A stretch of DNA of 64,000 bases from Phycisphaerae bacterium (GCA_050115495.1 JASFQK010000033.1:1-64000), one strand, 5' to 3'. Positions 20,078 through 31,143 are shown, numbered from the stretch's first letter. The notes: generated by a model from the sequence alone, not told the origin. Numbers and translations are program-made.

Positions 20078-23000
20078 ATGCGACGTTGGTTGGCGGTTGG
20101 ATTGTCCCTGGTGACGGCGGCGTGGGCGGTGCCCGCCGGCCGCGCGGAGAACGTGCATTTCACCTATCTCTGGCACATGGAGCAGCCGATCTACTGGCCC
20201 GATCGGCAGGTCTCCGGCGCCGACCGCTACGAACGCGCCTGGCAGTCGATCCTGCGCACCGACGGCGGGGCGGCGCATCCGGCGAACAACCTGCGAGAAA
20301 TCTTCGGCAAAGACGACCGCGTCGCCGCGTATCAATACCGCGTTCGCGATTGCATCAACGCCATTCATTGGTCGAGCGAGGCTGGGGCGCAGGTCAGCTA
20401 TTCCGGCGGGTTGATCGAGAATATCGCGAGTCTCGGCGACGTGTCGCAATTGGGCTACTCGCCGACGTGGTATGGCGGATATCGCGAAGCCCGCAACTGG
20501 CTGACGACCGGCGGCCAGACGCGGCTGGATATTGTGGTGTTCCCTTTTCACCACCCGCTTCTGCCGCTGTGCGACGAGAGCACGGTGCGCAAGGAGATTC
20601 AGCTCTACCAGCAGGTGTACGCCGACGCCTGGGGAGCGAGCCCAACGCGAAGCCGCGGGCTGTTCCCGCCGGAGATGGCGTTTTCCGAACGTCCGATAAA
20701 GGTGCTTGCCGAGGAGGGGCTCGATTGGGTGGTCGTGTCGAACGAGCACATCTCGCGGGCGTGCGAGAACTTCCCGGTGATGCTGGGCACGGGCGGGGTC
20801 AACTGCGATCCGCCGAACGCGGCCGATCAGCTCAACCCGCCGCAGAGCGACTGGTTGCGGATTCAGATTGATCGGGGCTGCTCGCCGGCGAATGCGTATC
20901 CGCTGGCGTACACGCCGCACTACGCTCGGTACGTCGATCCGGACACGGGAGATGAGTATCGGGTCGTGGTCGTGCCGGCGGCGCAGGCGCTCGGTTGGCA
21001 GGATGGGTATGCGCCGCTCGGGCTGACGCACTTCGGTACGTTGGCGACGCAGAATCCGGCGAGCCGGCCGCAACTCGTGCTGCTGGCGCACGACGGCGAC
21101 AACGCGTGGGGCGGCGGCTACAGCTATTATCTGGAGGCGGTGCCGAACTTCGTGAGCAGTGCATCGGGAGCGGGCTACGTGGCCACGACGATCGAGCAAT
21201 ACCTCGCCAATCACCCCGTGCCGGCGGGCGACGTCGTGCACGTCGAGGATGGGGCGTGGGTGAATGCCGACGGCGATTTCGGCTCGCCCGTCTTCCTCAA
21301 CTGGAACTGGCCGCTCGTCAATTCGTCGGGGCAGATCGACATCGCCGGCGGCTGGGCCGAGGACGAGCGCAATTGGGCGGTGATCACCGCAGCGCAGAAC
21401 CACGTGGATACGGCGGAGCAGATCGCCGGCGGCGTGAACGTGGCGAAGATCCTGTATCCCGATGCGAGCACGACGAACGCCGAGCGGGCGTGGCATTACT
21501 TCCTCGCCGGCCTCAACAGCGGGTTCATGTATTACGGCACGGCGCTCGACCACGAGGTGAAGGCGACGATCGCCTGCAACCTGGCGGTGAGCTACGCGGA
21601 CGCGGTCATCGGCGACGGGTCGGCGGATGAGACGCCGCCGACGGTCTGGCTGCCGCAGCGGCATCCGTGGAACCCGGGATCGCTCAACTTCGGGCCGCAG
21701 TACGGCTATCAGCAGTACCAGGACGACGGCGACTTCTGGGTGTGGACGTTCGTGCACGATGTGTCCGGGCTGACGTCGGTCACGCTGTTGTACCGGCTGG
21801 ACGATGACGGCGCGATCGGCGACGCGAACCAGACGTACGCCGGCGGCGCTGGCGTCGGCACGTGGCAGGCGCTGCCGATGACGCAGCGCAGCTTCCCCAC
21901 GGGTAACTTCTTCAACGACCCGAACATCGACTTCTTCGTCCTGCCGACGTACATCGCCGACGAGTACTACGTCGAGGTCACCGGCGTGCGCGAGGCGCTG
22001 GTCGACTACTACGTCGAGGCCGAGGACGGCCGCGGGAACGTCCGTCGCAGCCCGCTTCAGCACGTCTGGGTGGGCGACGGCAGCGGCGGCGGTGGCGGCG
22101 ACACGGTCATCATCGATCCCGATCCGCCACAAGCGGGCAGTCCGGTGACGATCCAGTACGACGCGACAGGCCGGCCGCTCGCCGGTGCCGCCCAGGTCTA
22201 CCTGCATTACGGCTTCAACGGCTGGAACCCGGTGATGTCGCCGGACCCGCTGATGAGTTGGTCAGAGGCGGCGCAGGCGTGGGTCGTGACGGTCAGCGTG
22301 GCGAGCACGGCGACGCAGCTCGACTTCGTCTTCCACGACGGGAACAACAACTGGGAAAACAACAATGGTGCCGACTGGCACTTCGCGGTCACGGGTGGCG
22401 GTCCGGGCGACGAGTGGGTCATGGACGGCCAGCTCGACGCCGACGCGGTGCTCGTCGCCGAGAACTACGGGTTGGAACTCTACGCGGGCGTGAAGGGAAC
22501 GCAGCTCTATGTGGCCGCGCCCGACGCCGGCGAGGGCAACGACCACTTCATCTTCGTGGCCGACGATCCGGGCGGGCTGGTGGCGGCGCCGTGGGCGAAG
22601 AGCGGGCAGGTGGCCGCGTGGAGCGCATACCTCGCGGATGAGAACGACAACGACTATTGCGGCTGGTTCGACCTGGCGGGTGGGGCCTTCGGCGAGGCGG
22701 CGACGGGTCCGAACGGCGGCTGGCTTGAAGGGACATTCGATCTGACCGGCGAGTTCGGCAACGCGCCGCAGGTGATCTATCTCGCGTTCGCCCCATATGC
22801 TACGGCGGATGGCAGCGGCCTCGTGCCCGTGGCCCAGGTGCCAGCATCGGTCAATGATGACGGGAATGTCGACGCCGCCGAGTACGCAGTATTCACGCTT
22901 GGTCTGCCCGGCGACGTCAATTGCGACGGCGTGGTGAACAACTTCGATATCAGCCCGTTCGTGCTGGCCCTGACGGACGCGGCCGGCTACGCGGCGGCGT

Positions 23001-23098
23001 ATCCGGATTGCGACCGCGGCCGCGCCGACTGCAACGGCGACGGGCAGGTGAACAACTTCGATATCAGCGCGTTTGTGACGCTGCTCACCGGCCGGTAG
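20078..23098 (+). CDS. Secreted GH119/GH57-like amylolytic enzyme with starch-binding-like module and dockerin-like tail
   Basis: WHMEQPIYW, GLFPPEMAFSER (Glu), LAHDGDN (Asp), VYLHYGFNGW...WENNNGADW and GDVNCDG.VNNFDI. Confidence 0.75.
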   Translation: MRRWLAVGLSLVTAAWAVPAGRAENVHFTYLWHMEQPIYWPDRQVSGADRYERAWQSILRTDGGAAHPANNLREIFGKDDRVAAYQYRVRDCINAIHWSSEAGAQVSYSGGLIENIASLGDVSQLGYSPTWYGGYREARNWLTTGGQTRLDIVVFPFHHPLLPLCDESTVRKEIQLYQQVYADAWGASPTRSRGLFPPEMAFSERPIKVLAEEGLDWVVVSNEHISRACENFPVMLGTGGVNCDPPNAADQLNPPQSDWLRIQIDRGCSPANAYPLAYTPHYARYVDPDTGDEYRVVVVPAAQALGWQDGYAPLGLTHFGTLATQNPASRPQLVLLAHDGDNAWGGGYSYYLEAVPNFVSSASGAGYVATTIEQYLANHPVPAGDVVHVEDGAWVNADGDFGSPVFLNWNWPLVNSSGQIDIAGGWAEDERNWAVITAAQNHVDTAEQIAGGVNVAKILYPDASTTNAERAWHYFLAGLNSGFMYYGTALDHEVKATIACNLAVSYADAVIGDGSADETPPTVWLPQRHPWNPGSLNFGPQYGYQQYQDDGDFWVWTFVHDVSGLTSVTLLYRLDDDGAIGDANQTYAGGAGVGTWQALPMTQRSFPTGNFFNDPNIDFFVLPTYIADEYYVEVTGVREALVDYYVEAEDGRGNVRRSPLQHVWVGDGSGGGGGDTVIIDPDPPQAGSPVTIQYDATGRPLAGAAQVYLHYGFNGWNPVMSPDPLMSWSEAAQAWVVTVSVASTATQLDFVFHDGNNNWENNNGADWHFAVTGGGPGDEWVMDGQLDADAVLVAENYGLELYAGVKGTQLYVAAPDAGEGNDHFIFVADDPGGLVAAPWAKSGQVAAWSAYLADENDNDYCGWFDLAGGAFGEAATGPNGGWLEGTFDLTGEFGNAPQVIYLAFAPYATADGSGLVPVAQVPASVNDDGNVDAAEYAVFTLGLPGDVNCDGVVNNFDISPFVLALTDAAGYAAAYPDCDRGRADCNGDGQVNNFDISAFVTLLTGR

Positions 23099-23127
23099 TC
23101 GCCGGCGAGCCTGACAGGGAGTTGCCG

Positions 23128-25683
23128 ATGTTCGTGTGGCGCAGCATTGTAGTACTCGCTGCGGTACTGGCGGTCTGGTCCGGTTCGGACGCGACGGCGC
23201 AGCAGCCGCGGCCGGGGGCTGACGAAGTCTTCTATCACTTCATGCCCATCGCTTGGCGCGACAGCGACAATGACGCCTACCGCTTCGGCGACTTCGACGG
23301 CATGACCGCCTCGCTCGATTACCTCGAACAGCTCGGCGTGACCGCGGTCTGGATGAACCCGATCTTCCCGTCGGTGGCCTATCACGGCTATCAGCACAAC
23401 GCCGCCGACGAGGTAAACGCGTGGTTCGGCAACGAGGCGCAGTTCCTGGGCTTCGTCAGCGCCGCCCACGCTCGCGGCATCAAGGTCTTCGTCGACTTCG
23501 TGGCGTACGGCATTAGCCGGGACAATCCTTGGTTCGCCGATGCGTACGGCAATCCGCAGAGCCCGTACGACGACTGGTTCGCCTTTACGAACGATGGCAA
23601 CACCAATTACCTCGGCTCAACGTTCACGACGTGGAACGGCGACACGGTGCGCTTCATTCACTGGAACCTGAACAACGCCGGGCCGGTCGCCCTCGTCACC
23701 GCCTGGGCACAGCACTGGCTCGATCCGAACGGCGACGGCGACCCGAGCGACGGTATCGACGGCTATCGGCTCGACCACGTCTGGGAATACTACAACAGCG
23801 GGCCGAACGGCTGGGGCTACAACATCGATGACTTCTGGGTGCCGTGGAAGCAGGCGCTGCAAACGGTGAATCCCGACGTGTTCACCTTCGCCGAGCAGGC
23901 GGACTGGGGTAGCTACGGCGTGGAGCTGCTGCCGGCGCACGATGCGGCGATGAGCAAGCCGTTCGAGTTTGCGGCCCGCGATGCGCTTGCGTCCGGGTCG
24001 GCCGCGCAGTTGTACAGCCAGATGGCGGCCACGGTCGCGGCCCTGCCGGCGACGGGCAACTTCGTGGGAATCATCGGCGACCATGACGTGGACCGGCTCA
24101 CGTCCGTGCTCGGCGGCGATCTGGCGAAGGCCCACACCGCCGCCGCCATCCTGCTCACGCAGCCGTTCCCGCCGATCATCTACTACGGCGACGAGATCGG
24201 CATGCTCGGCGTGAAGAACGGCGGGTACACGGGCGACGCCGCGGACATTCCGATGCGCGAACCGTTCAAGTGGAACGCGGTCGCCGGACCGCCGATGAGC
24301 AACTACTTCGTGCTCAACGGGCCGGCGTACGCGGGGCGGTATGAACAGAACCACGACGGGCGCAGCGTCGAGGAGCAGCTCGGCGTGCCGGGCTCGCTGC
24401 TGGAGACGTATCGCACGCTGATCGCCGCCCGCAAGGACAACATCGCCCTGCGCCGCGGCACGTATCACGCGGTGCTGGTCAACAACACGGCCGTGTGGGC
24501 GTTCGTCCGTTACCACGCCGACCAGCAGGTGCTCGTGGCCATCAACCTCTCCGGTAGCGCCGTCACGCCGGCGCTGGATCTCAGCGACTTCGAGATTCCC
24601 GGCGGTACGACGACGCCGGTGGATGTGCTCAGTGGCGAGACACTCACGCCGATCACGAGTGTCAATCAGAACGCGTGGTCGCTGGCGATCCCGGCGCGAG
24701 GCTATCGCATTCTGGAGCTGGCCATCGCCCCGCCGCCGGAACCTGAGCCCGACGTGGATGGCCGTGACATACCGGCGGATCTCGGCGCTGCGGCGCACGT
24801 GGCCACGCAGGACAACGCCACCGGCCTCGGCGACAACGTGAACGAGCTGGACGAACTCTACGTGCGGCCGCACGAGGGCACGCTGCGCATCGGTCTGACC
24901 GGTAACCTCGGCACCGACGGTACGGGCCTCTCGCTATTCCTCGACACGCGGGCCGGCGGGCAGAACGTGCTCGATCTGAGCGACGTGTCGTCACCGCCGT
25001 ACGGACCGCACGATCTCACGGGATTGCGTTTCGACGCTGGCTTCGCCCCCGATTACCTGCTGTGGGTCAACGCGTACTCGGGGCACATCTACGTGAATCA
25101 GTACGAGCTGCTCACCGGCGGCGGGACGAATGAGTCGTACGTCGGCCAGGGCACGGTTGGCGACGGTGACGGCTACCTGCTCGGTGGGTCGAACCCGCAC
25201 GGCATGGAGATCGCGCTCGACAACAGCAACGTCGCCGGCGTGACCGATGCGGACGCGAGTGGCGCCGCTACGGCGGTGACCGGGTTTGAGATGATCGTGC
25301 CGTACGCGGCGGTGGGGCTCGAAGGGGATGCCGCCGGTCCGGTGGGTATTTGCGCGACCATCGCCCAGACCAGCGGCGCGACCGGCAACCAATGGCTGCC
25401 GGGTCTCGGCGGCGGGTACGACAACCTCGGCCTGGCGCCCGATCTGACGCTTGTTCCCGGCGAGCAGTACGCGCTCGTTCCGCTGCGCCTGCTCGGCGAT
25501 CTCAACTGCGATGGCGTGGTCGACAATTTCGATATCACCCCGTTCGTGCTGGCCGTGACCGATGCGGCGGGCTATGCGGCAGCGCATCCCGACTGCGACC
25601 GCAACCTGGCCGATCTCACCGACGACGGGCTGGTCAACAACTTCGACATCGCGCCGTTCGTGCACCTGCTTCTGGGCGAATGA
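23128..25683 (+). CDS. Secreted GH13 alpha-amylase-family enzyme with dockerin-like tail
   Basis: GDFDGMTASLDYLEQLGVTAVWMNPIF, YHGY, GYRLDH, FAEQ, GDHDVDR, IYYGDEIGM and GDLNCDG.VDNFDI. Confidence 0.9.
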   Translation: MFVWRSIVVLAAVLAVWSGSDATAQQPRPGADEVFYHFMPIAWRDSDNDAYRFGDFDGMTASLDYLEQLGVTAVWMNPIFPSVAYHGYQHNAADEVNAWFGNEAQFLGFVSAAHARGIKVFVDFVAYGISRDNPWFADAYGNPQSPYDDWFAFTNDGNTNYLGSTFTTWNGDTVRFIHWNLNNAGPVALVTAWAQHWLDPNGDGDPSDGIDGYRLDHVWEYYNSGPNGWGYNIDDFWVPWKQALQTVNPDVFTFAEQADWGSYGVELLPAHDAAMSKPFEFAARDALASGSAAQLYSQMAATVAALPATGNFVGIIGDHDVDRLTSVLGGDLAKAHTAAAILLTQPFPPIIYYGDEIGMLGVKNGGYTGDAADIPMREPFKWNAVAGPPMSNYFVLNGPAYAGRYEQNHDGRSVEEQLGVPGSLLETYRTLIAARKDNIALRRGTYHAVLVNNTAVWAFVRYHADQQVLVAINLSGSAVTPALDLSDFEIPGGTTTPVDVLSGETLTPITSVNQNAWSLAIPARGYRILELAIAPPPEPEPDVDGRDIPADLGAAAHVATQDNATGLGDNVNELDELYVRPHEGTLRIGLTGNLGTDGTGLSLFLDTRAGGQNVLDLSDVSSPPYGPHDLTGLRFDAGFAPDYLLWVNAYSGHIYVNQYELLTGGGTNESYVGQGTVGDGDGYLLGGSNPHGMEIALDNSNVAGVTDADASGAATAVTGFEMIVPYAAVGLEGDAAGPVGICATIAQTSGATGNQWLPGLGGGYDNLGLAPDLTLVPGEQYALVPLRLLGDLNCDGVVDNFDITPFVLAVTDAAGYAAAHPDCDRNLADLTDDGLVNNFDIAPFVHLLLGE

Positions 25684-25717
25684 GCGGTGGTCAACCTGCT
25701 CTGTTGCGCGTGTGATT

Positions 25718-25750
25718 GTGTGGCATGCCGAAGCTTTAGCGCCGGCATGT
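25718..25750. repeat. Palindromic repeat (CATG family) between convergent genes
   Basis: GTGTGGCATGCCGAAGCTTTAGCGCCGGCATGT closely matches 1395-1426. Confidence 0.75.
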
Positions 25751-25758
25751 CATGGAGC

Positions 25759-27141
25759 CTACGGCAGCGCCACGCCGCGGAGGCCTTCCGGCACGGGCTG
25801 CCCCAGCATCTTCAGGATTGTCGGCGTCACGTCGTAGATCGATGCATCCCGCCGACCGCGCGGCAGCGACGGGTGTGCCAGGATCGATAGCCCCTGCTGC
25901 GCATGGTTGGCGTCGTCCGGGCCGGTGTCGTTTTCCCGCGTGTAGACGTCCGGATTGCCAATCGTCCCGACGCTCCGCCAGCGCAGATCGCCGAAGATGA
26001 CCAGCAAGTCCGGCGGAAAGCCGTTGACGCTCTGGTAGATATCCGTCGGCCGGTAGGCGCGTGTGCCGAGCGGGCGGCCTTGCGGGTCGGGCATGGACTC
26101 CAGCTTGGCGATCAGCTCGTTGCGCAGCGCGTCGTATCGTTCGCGCGGCACGATGCCGTTCGGCTCGCGGCCCTCGACATTGATGAAGTAGCGCCCGTAG
26201 TAGCCACCCTCGCCCCACGCCTGCGTGCGCGTCCAATCGACCTCGTCGACGCGGAACGGTCGCCGCTCGGTGACCGGCTCTTTCATGACGAGCAGCCCTT
26301 CGCGGATCAGCCAGTCGTTGAAGCAGATGCCGCCGTCCAGCCGCTTCGAGCCGTGATCGGAGACGACCCACACCGCCGTCTTCGCCAGGTCCAGTTCGGT
26401 GAGTAACTCGCCGATCAGGCCATCGACGTGCACGTAGTAGTCGTGGATCACGTACTCGAACGGGTTGCCCGGCTCGTAGCGATGATGGCCGGCGTCCATG
26501 AACCGCCAGAAGCCGTGGTGGATACGGTCGACGCCGATCTCGATCATGAAGAACAGGTCCCACGGCCGCGTGCGCAGCAGGTGGCGGCAGACCTGGAACC
26601 GCCGGTCGGTCATCGTGAAGATCTGGTCGCGCAGCCAGGCCTTGTCGTCCGTGCGGAACTGCGGCACGTCCACCATGTACTCGCCGACGAGCTCGGCGAT
26701 CTCGCGCTTCAGGGCCGGCGGATGCGTGTAGTCGCTCTTCAGGCTTGGCGTCAGGAAGCACGTGACCATGCATCCGTTCGGCGGCCGGGCGATCGGAAAC
26801 GTCTGCGGCACGCCGACGGCGATCGTCTGCCGGCCGGCGCGGCCCAGCAGGTCCCACACGCGCGGTGAACGGACATCGAGGCTCGTCGCGGTCGCCAGCC
26901 GGTCGTAGCTGTAATCGCGGCGGTTGCGGAAGCCGTAGATGCCGAGCGTGCCCGGATCGTGGCCGGTGGTCATGCACGTCCAGGCGGGCACGGTGATCGG
27001 CGGCAGGCAGCTTTCGAGGTTGCCGTACAGCCCATTCTCCATCAGGCGGCGCAGGTTGGGCAGATCGTCCCGCCAGCGGTCCAGCACCAGGCTCGGCTCG
27101 GCACAATCGAGCCCGATCACGGCGACTTTCTCAATCGACAT
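25759..27141 (-). CDS. Alkaline phosphatase superfamily protein (type I phosphodiesterase/NPP-like)
   Basis: IGLDCA, PPITVPAW..MTTG, DRIHH, VSDHG, DDANH. Confidence 0.88.
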   Translation of the reverse strand: MSIEKVAVIGLDCAEPSLVLDRWRDDLPNLRRLMENGLYGNLESCLPPITVPAWTCMTTGHDPGTLGIYGFRNRRDYSYDRLATATSLDVRSPRVWDLLGRAGRQTIAVGVPQTFPIARPPNGCMVTCFLTPSLKSDYTHPPALKREIAELVGEYMVDVPQFRTDDKAWLRDQIFTMTDRRFQVCRHLLRTRPWDLFFMIEIGVDRIHHGFWRFMDAGHHRYEPGNPFEYVIHDYYVHVDGLIGELLTELDLAKTAVWVVSDHGSKRLDGGICFNDWLIREGLLVMKEPVTERRPFRVDEVDWTRTQAWGEGGYYGRYFINVEGREPNGIVPRERYDALRNELIAKLESMPDPQGRPLGTRAYRPTDIYQSVNGFPPDLLVIFGDLRWRSVGTIGNPDVYTRENDTGPDDANHAQQGLSILAHPSLPRGRRDASIYDVTPTILKMLGQPVPEGLRGVALP

Positions 27142-27144
27142 CAC

Positions 27145-28251
27145 TCAACCATCCTCGCCGCTTCGTGGCGGCGTTTCGGCCTCCGGCCGCTGCCCGTCGT
27201 CAAAAAAGACGCGCATGGCCTTCGGCCGCACATACACATCGCTGTCCCGGGTGACGCCGAGCTCGCGGAAACGGTCGGCGGTCATCTCGACCTGGAGCGT
27301 TTCGCCGAACTCGGTGAGCACTTCGAGCCTGACCAGCGCGCCGGCGGCGTTGATGAACTGCACGCGCCCGCGCAGGCGCGGTCCGCTCGCGATCTGCGTC
27401 GCGATTTCGAGGTCGTGCGGGCGGACGAAGATCCGCGCCGGCCGCGAACCGGCGGGCAATTCGTCCGGACACTGAATCTCGATCGCGTCGGGTCCCGGCG
27501 TCAGGCTGTTCACCCGGCGATGAAACACGTTCACCGTGCCCAGGAAGTTCATCACGAACGCGCTGGCCGGATCGTGGAAGACCTCCTCGGGCGTGCCGAC
27601 CTGTTCGATGCGTCCGCCGTTCATCACCACGACACGGTCGGCGACTTCGAGGGCTTCGTCCTGGTCGTGTGTGACGAACACGCTGGTGATGTGAATCTCT
27701 TCGTGCAGCCGCCGCAACCAGCGGCGCAGCTCCTGCCGCACCTTTGCATCCAGGGCGCCGAAGGGTTCGTCCAGCAGCAGGACCTTCGGCTCGACCGCCA
27801 GGGCGCGGGCCAGGGCGATGCGTTGCCGCTGACCGCCGGAGAGTTGCGATGGATAGCGCTTGGCAAAGCCTTCGAGCTGCACGAGCCGCAGGAGATCCAT
27901 GACGCGTCGGGTGATCTCCGCCCGCGGCGGACGCATCCGTCGCGGCCGTACGCGCAATCCGAACGCCACATTCTCGAACACCGTCATGTGGCGGAACAGG
28001 GCGTAATGCTGAAAGACGAAGCCGACGCGCCGCTCGCGGACGTGCCGCGTCGTAGCGTCTTCACCCTCGAACAGCACGCTGCCCTCGTCCGGCGCTTCCA
28101 GGCCGGCGATGACGCGCAGCAGCGTCGTCTTGCCCGAGCCGGACGGACCCAGCAGTGCGACGAGTTCGCCGGTGTTCACCCGCAGGTCCACGTCTTTCAG
28201 GGCCACGAAGTCCCCGAAGCGCTTCGTTACCTGGGCCGCCTCGATGCTCAT
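27145..28251 (-). CDS. cysA: Sulfate/thiosulfate ABC transporter ATPase
   Basis: [57 protein letters not shown] coupling to cysW. Confidence 0.95.
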   Translation of the reverse strand: MSIEAAQVTKRFGDFVALKDVDLRVNTGELVALLGPSGSGKTTLLRVIAGLEAPDEGSVLFEGEDATTRHVRERRVGFVFQHYALFRHMTVFENVAFGLRVRPRRMRPPRAEITRRVMDLLRLVQLEGFAKRYPSQLSGGQRQRIALARALAVEPKVLLLDEPFGALDAKVRQELRRWLRRLHEEIHITSVFVTHDQDEALEVADRVVVMNGGRIEQVGTPEEVFHDPASAFVMNFLGTVNVFHRRVNSLTPGPDAIEIQCPDELPAGSRPARIFVRPHDLEIATQIASGPRLRGRVQFINAAGALVRLEVLTEFGETLQVEMTADRFRELGVTRDSDVYVRPKAMRVFFDDGQRPEAETPPRSGEDG

Positions 28252-29141
28252 CACTCGCTCTCCGCCACCGCTCGCGGCCCGCTCTGTGCCATCCGCCACT
28301 CCACGACGCCCTTGGCCACGATCGTGAGCAGGGCGATGCCCACCAGCAACCCGGCGACGCTGAACGCCGCCGCGAACCGGTACTCGTTGTAGAGAATCTC
28401 CACGTGCAGCGGCAGCGTGTTCGTCACGCCGCGAATGTGCCCGGAGACGACGGACACCGCGCCGAACTCGCCCAGAGCCCGCGCCGTGCACAGGATCGTT
28501 CCGTAGATCAGGCCCCACTTGATGTTCGGCAGCGTCACGCGGAAGAACGTCTGCCAGCCGCCGGCGCCGAGGCTCAGCGCCGCCTCTTCATCTTCGCGGC
28601 CCTGGGCCTCCATCAGCGGGATGAGCTCGCGGGCCACGAACGGCAGCGTGACGAAGATCGTCGCCAGCACGATGCCCGGCCAGGCGAAGATGATCTTGAT
28701 GCTGTGCTCGCTCAGCCACGGCCCCACTACGCCGCGCGCTCCGAACAGCAGCACGAAGATCATGCCGGCGATCACAGGCGACACGCTGAACGGCAGGTCG
28801 ATCAGCGTGATGAGGATGCTTCGCCCGCGCACGCGGAACTTCGTGATCGCCCAGGCCACCGCCAGGCCGAACAGCAGGTTCAGCGGTACGGCCATGACCA
28901 CGGCGAGCGCCGTCAGCCGCACCGCCGCCAGCGCGTCCGGTTCGATCAGCGCCGCCTTGGCCGTCGCCCAGCCCTTTTCGAGCGCGCAGTAGAAGACGAT
29001 GCCCAGCGGCAGGATGAGCATCACGCCCAGGAACGCGACCGCGATCAGCACGAGCGCCCAGCGCACCAGCGCCGATGAACCGCGGATGGCGGTTCCGCGG
29101 GTCGCCGTTGGCGATCGAATGTCGGAGATGATGGATACCAA
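28251..29141 (-). CDS. cysW: Sulfate ABC transporter permease W
   Basis: [46 protein letters not shown]. Start approximate. Confidence 0.93.
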   Translation of the reverse strand: MVSIISDIRSPTATRGTAIRGSSALVRWALVLIAVAFLGVMLILPLGIVFYCALEKGWATAKAALIEPDALAAVRLTALAVVMAVPLNLLFGLAVAWAITKFRVRGRSILITLIDLPFSVSPVIAGMIFVLLFGARGVVGPWLSEHSIKIIFAWPGIVLATIFVTLPFVARELIPLMEAQGREDEEAALSLGAGGWQTFFRVTLPNIKWGLIYGTILCTARALGEFGAVSVVSGHIRGVTNTLPLHVEILYNEYRFAAAFSVAGLLVGIALLTIVAKGVVEWRMAQSGPRAVAESE

Positions 29142-29164
29142 TCGCAAAACGCACTCCACCAGTT

Positions 29165-30031
29165 CTACGTCGGCACAGCCCGCCGCGCCCACGCCTGGAG
29201 CAGGTTGATCACGAGCAGCAGCGTGAACGACAGCAGGAGCAGGACGAGGGCTACGGCCGTCGCCCCGGCGTAGTTGTATTCCTCCAGACGCGTCATGATC
29301 AGCAGCGGCACGATCTCCGTTCGCCCCGGCATATTGCCCGAGATGAAGACGACCGAGCCGTATTCCCCCACCGACCGGGCGAAGGCCATCGCGAACCCCG
29401 CCAGCACCGCCGGCAGAATCGTCGGCAGCACAACTCGGCGGAACGTCTGCCCGCGGCTGGCCCCCAGCGTCGCCGCGGCTTCCTCGACTTCGCGGTCGAT
29501 GTCCTGCAACACCGGCTGCACCGTGCGCACGACGAACGGCAGGCTAACGAACATCATGGCGATGATGATGCCCACCGGGCTGTACGCGGCCTTGACGCCG
29601 ATGTGCTGGAGCAGGCCGCCGAGCACGCCGGTCGGCGCGTACACTGCGGTCAGGGCGATACCCGCGACAGCGGTAGGGAGGGCGAAGGGCAGGTCGACCA
29701 GCGTGTCGAGGACCCGCCGGCCGGGAAACCGATAGCGTACGAGCACCCAGGCCACGAGCAACCCGAAGGCCGCGTTGACCGCCGCCGCGATCAAGGCACC
29801 GCCGATGCTCAGCTTGTAGGCGGCGAGCGTGCGCTCCGCCGTGAACGTATGCCAGAACTCCGCCCAGCTCAGGTGCAGGGCGCGCAGCGGAAGCATGGCG
29901 AGGGGGATGAGGATCAACAGGCTCATGTAGACAATGGAGAACCCCATCGTCAGCCGGAAACCCGGCACGACGGCCTGCCGTCTGGCTCGCGCCAACTTCA
30001 CCAATCGCTCCCGACTGCTGCCAACCTCCAT
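29165..30031 (-). CDS. cysT: Sulfate ABC transporter permease T
   Basis: DLPFALPTAVAGIALT, PFVVRTVQPVL, GEYGSVVFISGNMP. Confidence 0.93.
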   Translation of the reverse strand: MEVGSSRERLVKLARARRQAVVPGFRLTMGFSIVYMSLLILIPLAMLPLRALHLSWAEFWHTFTAERTLAAYKLSIGGALIAAAVNAAFGLLVAWVLVRYRFPGRRVLDTLVDLPFALPTAVAGIALTAVYAPTGVLGGLLQHIGVKAAYSPVGIIIAMMFVSLPFVVRTVQPVLQDIDREVEEAAATLGASRGQTFRRVVLPTILPAVLAGFAMAFARSVGEYGSVVFISGNMPGRTEIVPLLIMTRLEEYNYAGATAVALVLLLLSFTLLLVINLLQAWARRAVPT

Positions 30032-30058
30032 TACCACTGCCCGGCGACCGTGTCCCCG

Positions 30059-31069
30059 CTATGGCTTGAAGATCTGGTCGAACGTGCCGCCTTCGGTGAA
30101 GTGCCGCTTGTGCGCCTTCGACCACCCGCCGAACTCGGCGTCCACTGTGATCAGCTCCACTTTCGGAAAGCGGTCCGCATACTTCTCGGCGACCTTCGGC
30201 ATCTGCGGCCGGTAGTAGTGCTTGGCGATGAGTTCCTGCCCGGCCTCGGTGTAGAGGAACTCCAGGTACGCCGTCGCCACCTGCCGCGTACCGCGCTTGT
30301 CCACGACCTTGTCGACCACCGTCACCGGCGGCTCGGCGAGAATGCTGATGGACGGCACGACGATTTCGAACTGGCCCGGGCTCAGCTTCTCCATGACCAG
30401 CAGCGCTTCGTTCTCCCATGCCAGGAACACATCGCCGATGCCGCGCTGCACGAACGTGTTCGTCGCCCCGCGAGCCCCCGTGTCCAGCACCGGCACGTTC
30501 CTGAACAGCTTGGTCATATAGTCGCGGATCTTCGCCTCGTCCCCGTTGCACTCCCGCGTGGCGTAGGCCCAGGCCGCCAGGTAGTTCCAGCGGGCCCCGC
30601 CGGAGGTCTTCGGGTTCGGCGTGATGACGGCGACGCCGGGCCGCACGAGGTCGCCCCAGCCTTTGATCTGCTTGGGGTTGCCTTTGCGGACGAGGAAGAC
30701 GATCGTCGACGTGTACGGGCAACTGTTGTTCGGGAGGCGCTTCTGCCAGTCCTGCGGGACGAGCTTCGCTTCGCGGTGCATCGCATCGATGTCGTAGGCG
30801 ACGGCGAGCGTGACGACGTCGGCCTCCAGCCCGTCGATAACCGCCCGGGCCTGCTTGCCTGCCCCGCCGTGGGATTGGCGGATGGTGAGCGTTTGCCCGG
30901 TGTTCTCCTGCCACTGCTTGGCGAACGCCGCGTTTACCTCTTCGTAGAGCTCGCGCGTCGGGTCATACGAGACGTTCAGGATGGTCACGTCGTTTCCGCC
31001 CCGGGCTGTCCCCGCCGGCATGAGCACGACCGCCGCCACCATCGCCACCAGGAAGAATCCGAATCGCAT
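30059..31069 (-). CDS. sbp: Sulfate-binding periplasmic protein
   Basis: Signal peptide, [50 protein letters not shown]. Confidence 0.95.
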   Translation of the reverse strand: MRFGFFLVAMVAAVVLMPAGTARGGNDVTILNVSYDPTRELYEEVNAAFAKQWQENTGQTLTIRQSHGGAGKQARAVIDGLEADVVTLAVAYDIDAMHREAKLVPQDWQKRLPNNSCPYTSTIVFLVRKGNPKQIKGWGDLVRPGVAVITPNPKTSGGARWNYLAAWAYATRECNGDEAKIRDYMTKLFRNVPVLDTGARGATNTFVQRGIGDVFLAWENEALLVMEKLSPGQFEIVVPSISILAEPPVTVVDKVVDKRGTRQVATAYLEFLYTEAGQELIAKHYYRPQMPKVAEKYADRFPKVELITVDAEFGGWSKAHKRHFTEGGTFDQIFKP

Positions 31070-31127
31070 CGCCATCTCCTCGCGCGACCAAAACGAACCT
31101 GTACCGCTCCTCATACATCCCGGGGAT

Positions 31128-31143
31128 TGCAGGCGACGTGCCA
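31128..31143 (-). promoter_or_regulatory. Sigma54 (-24/-12) promoter of the sbp-cysTWA operon
   Basis: Minus strand reads TGGCAC-GTCGC-CTGCA, with correct GG-N10-GC spacing, about 60 nt upstream of sbp and next to a bEBP gene. Confidence 0.8.
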
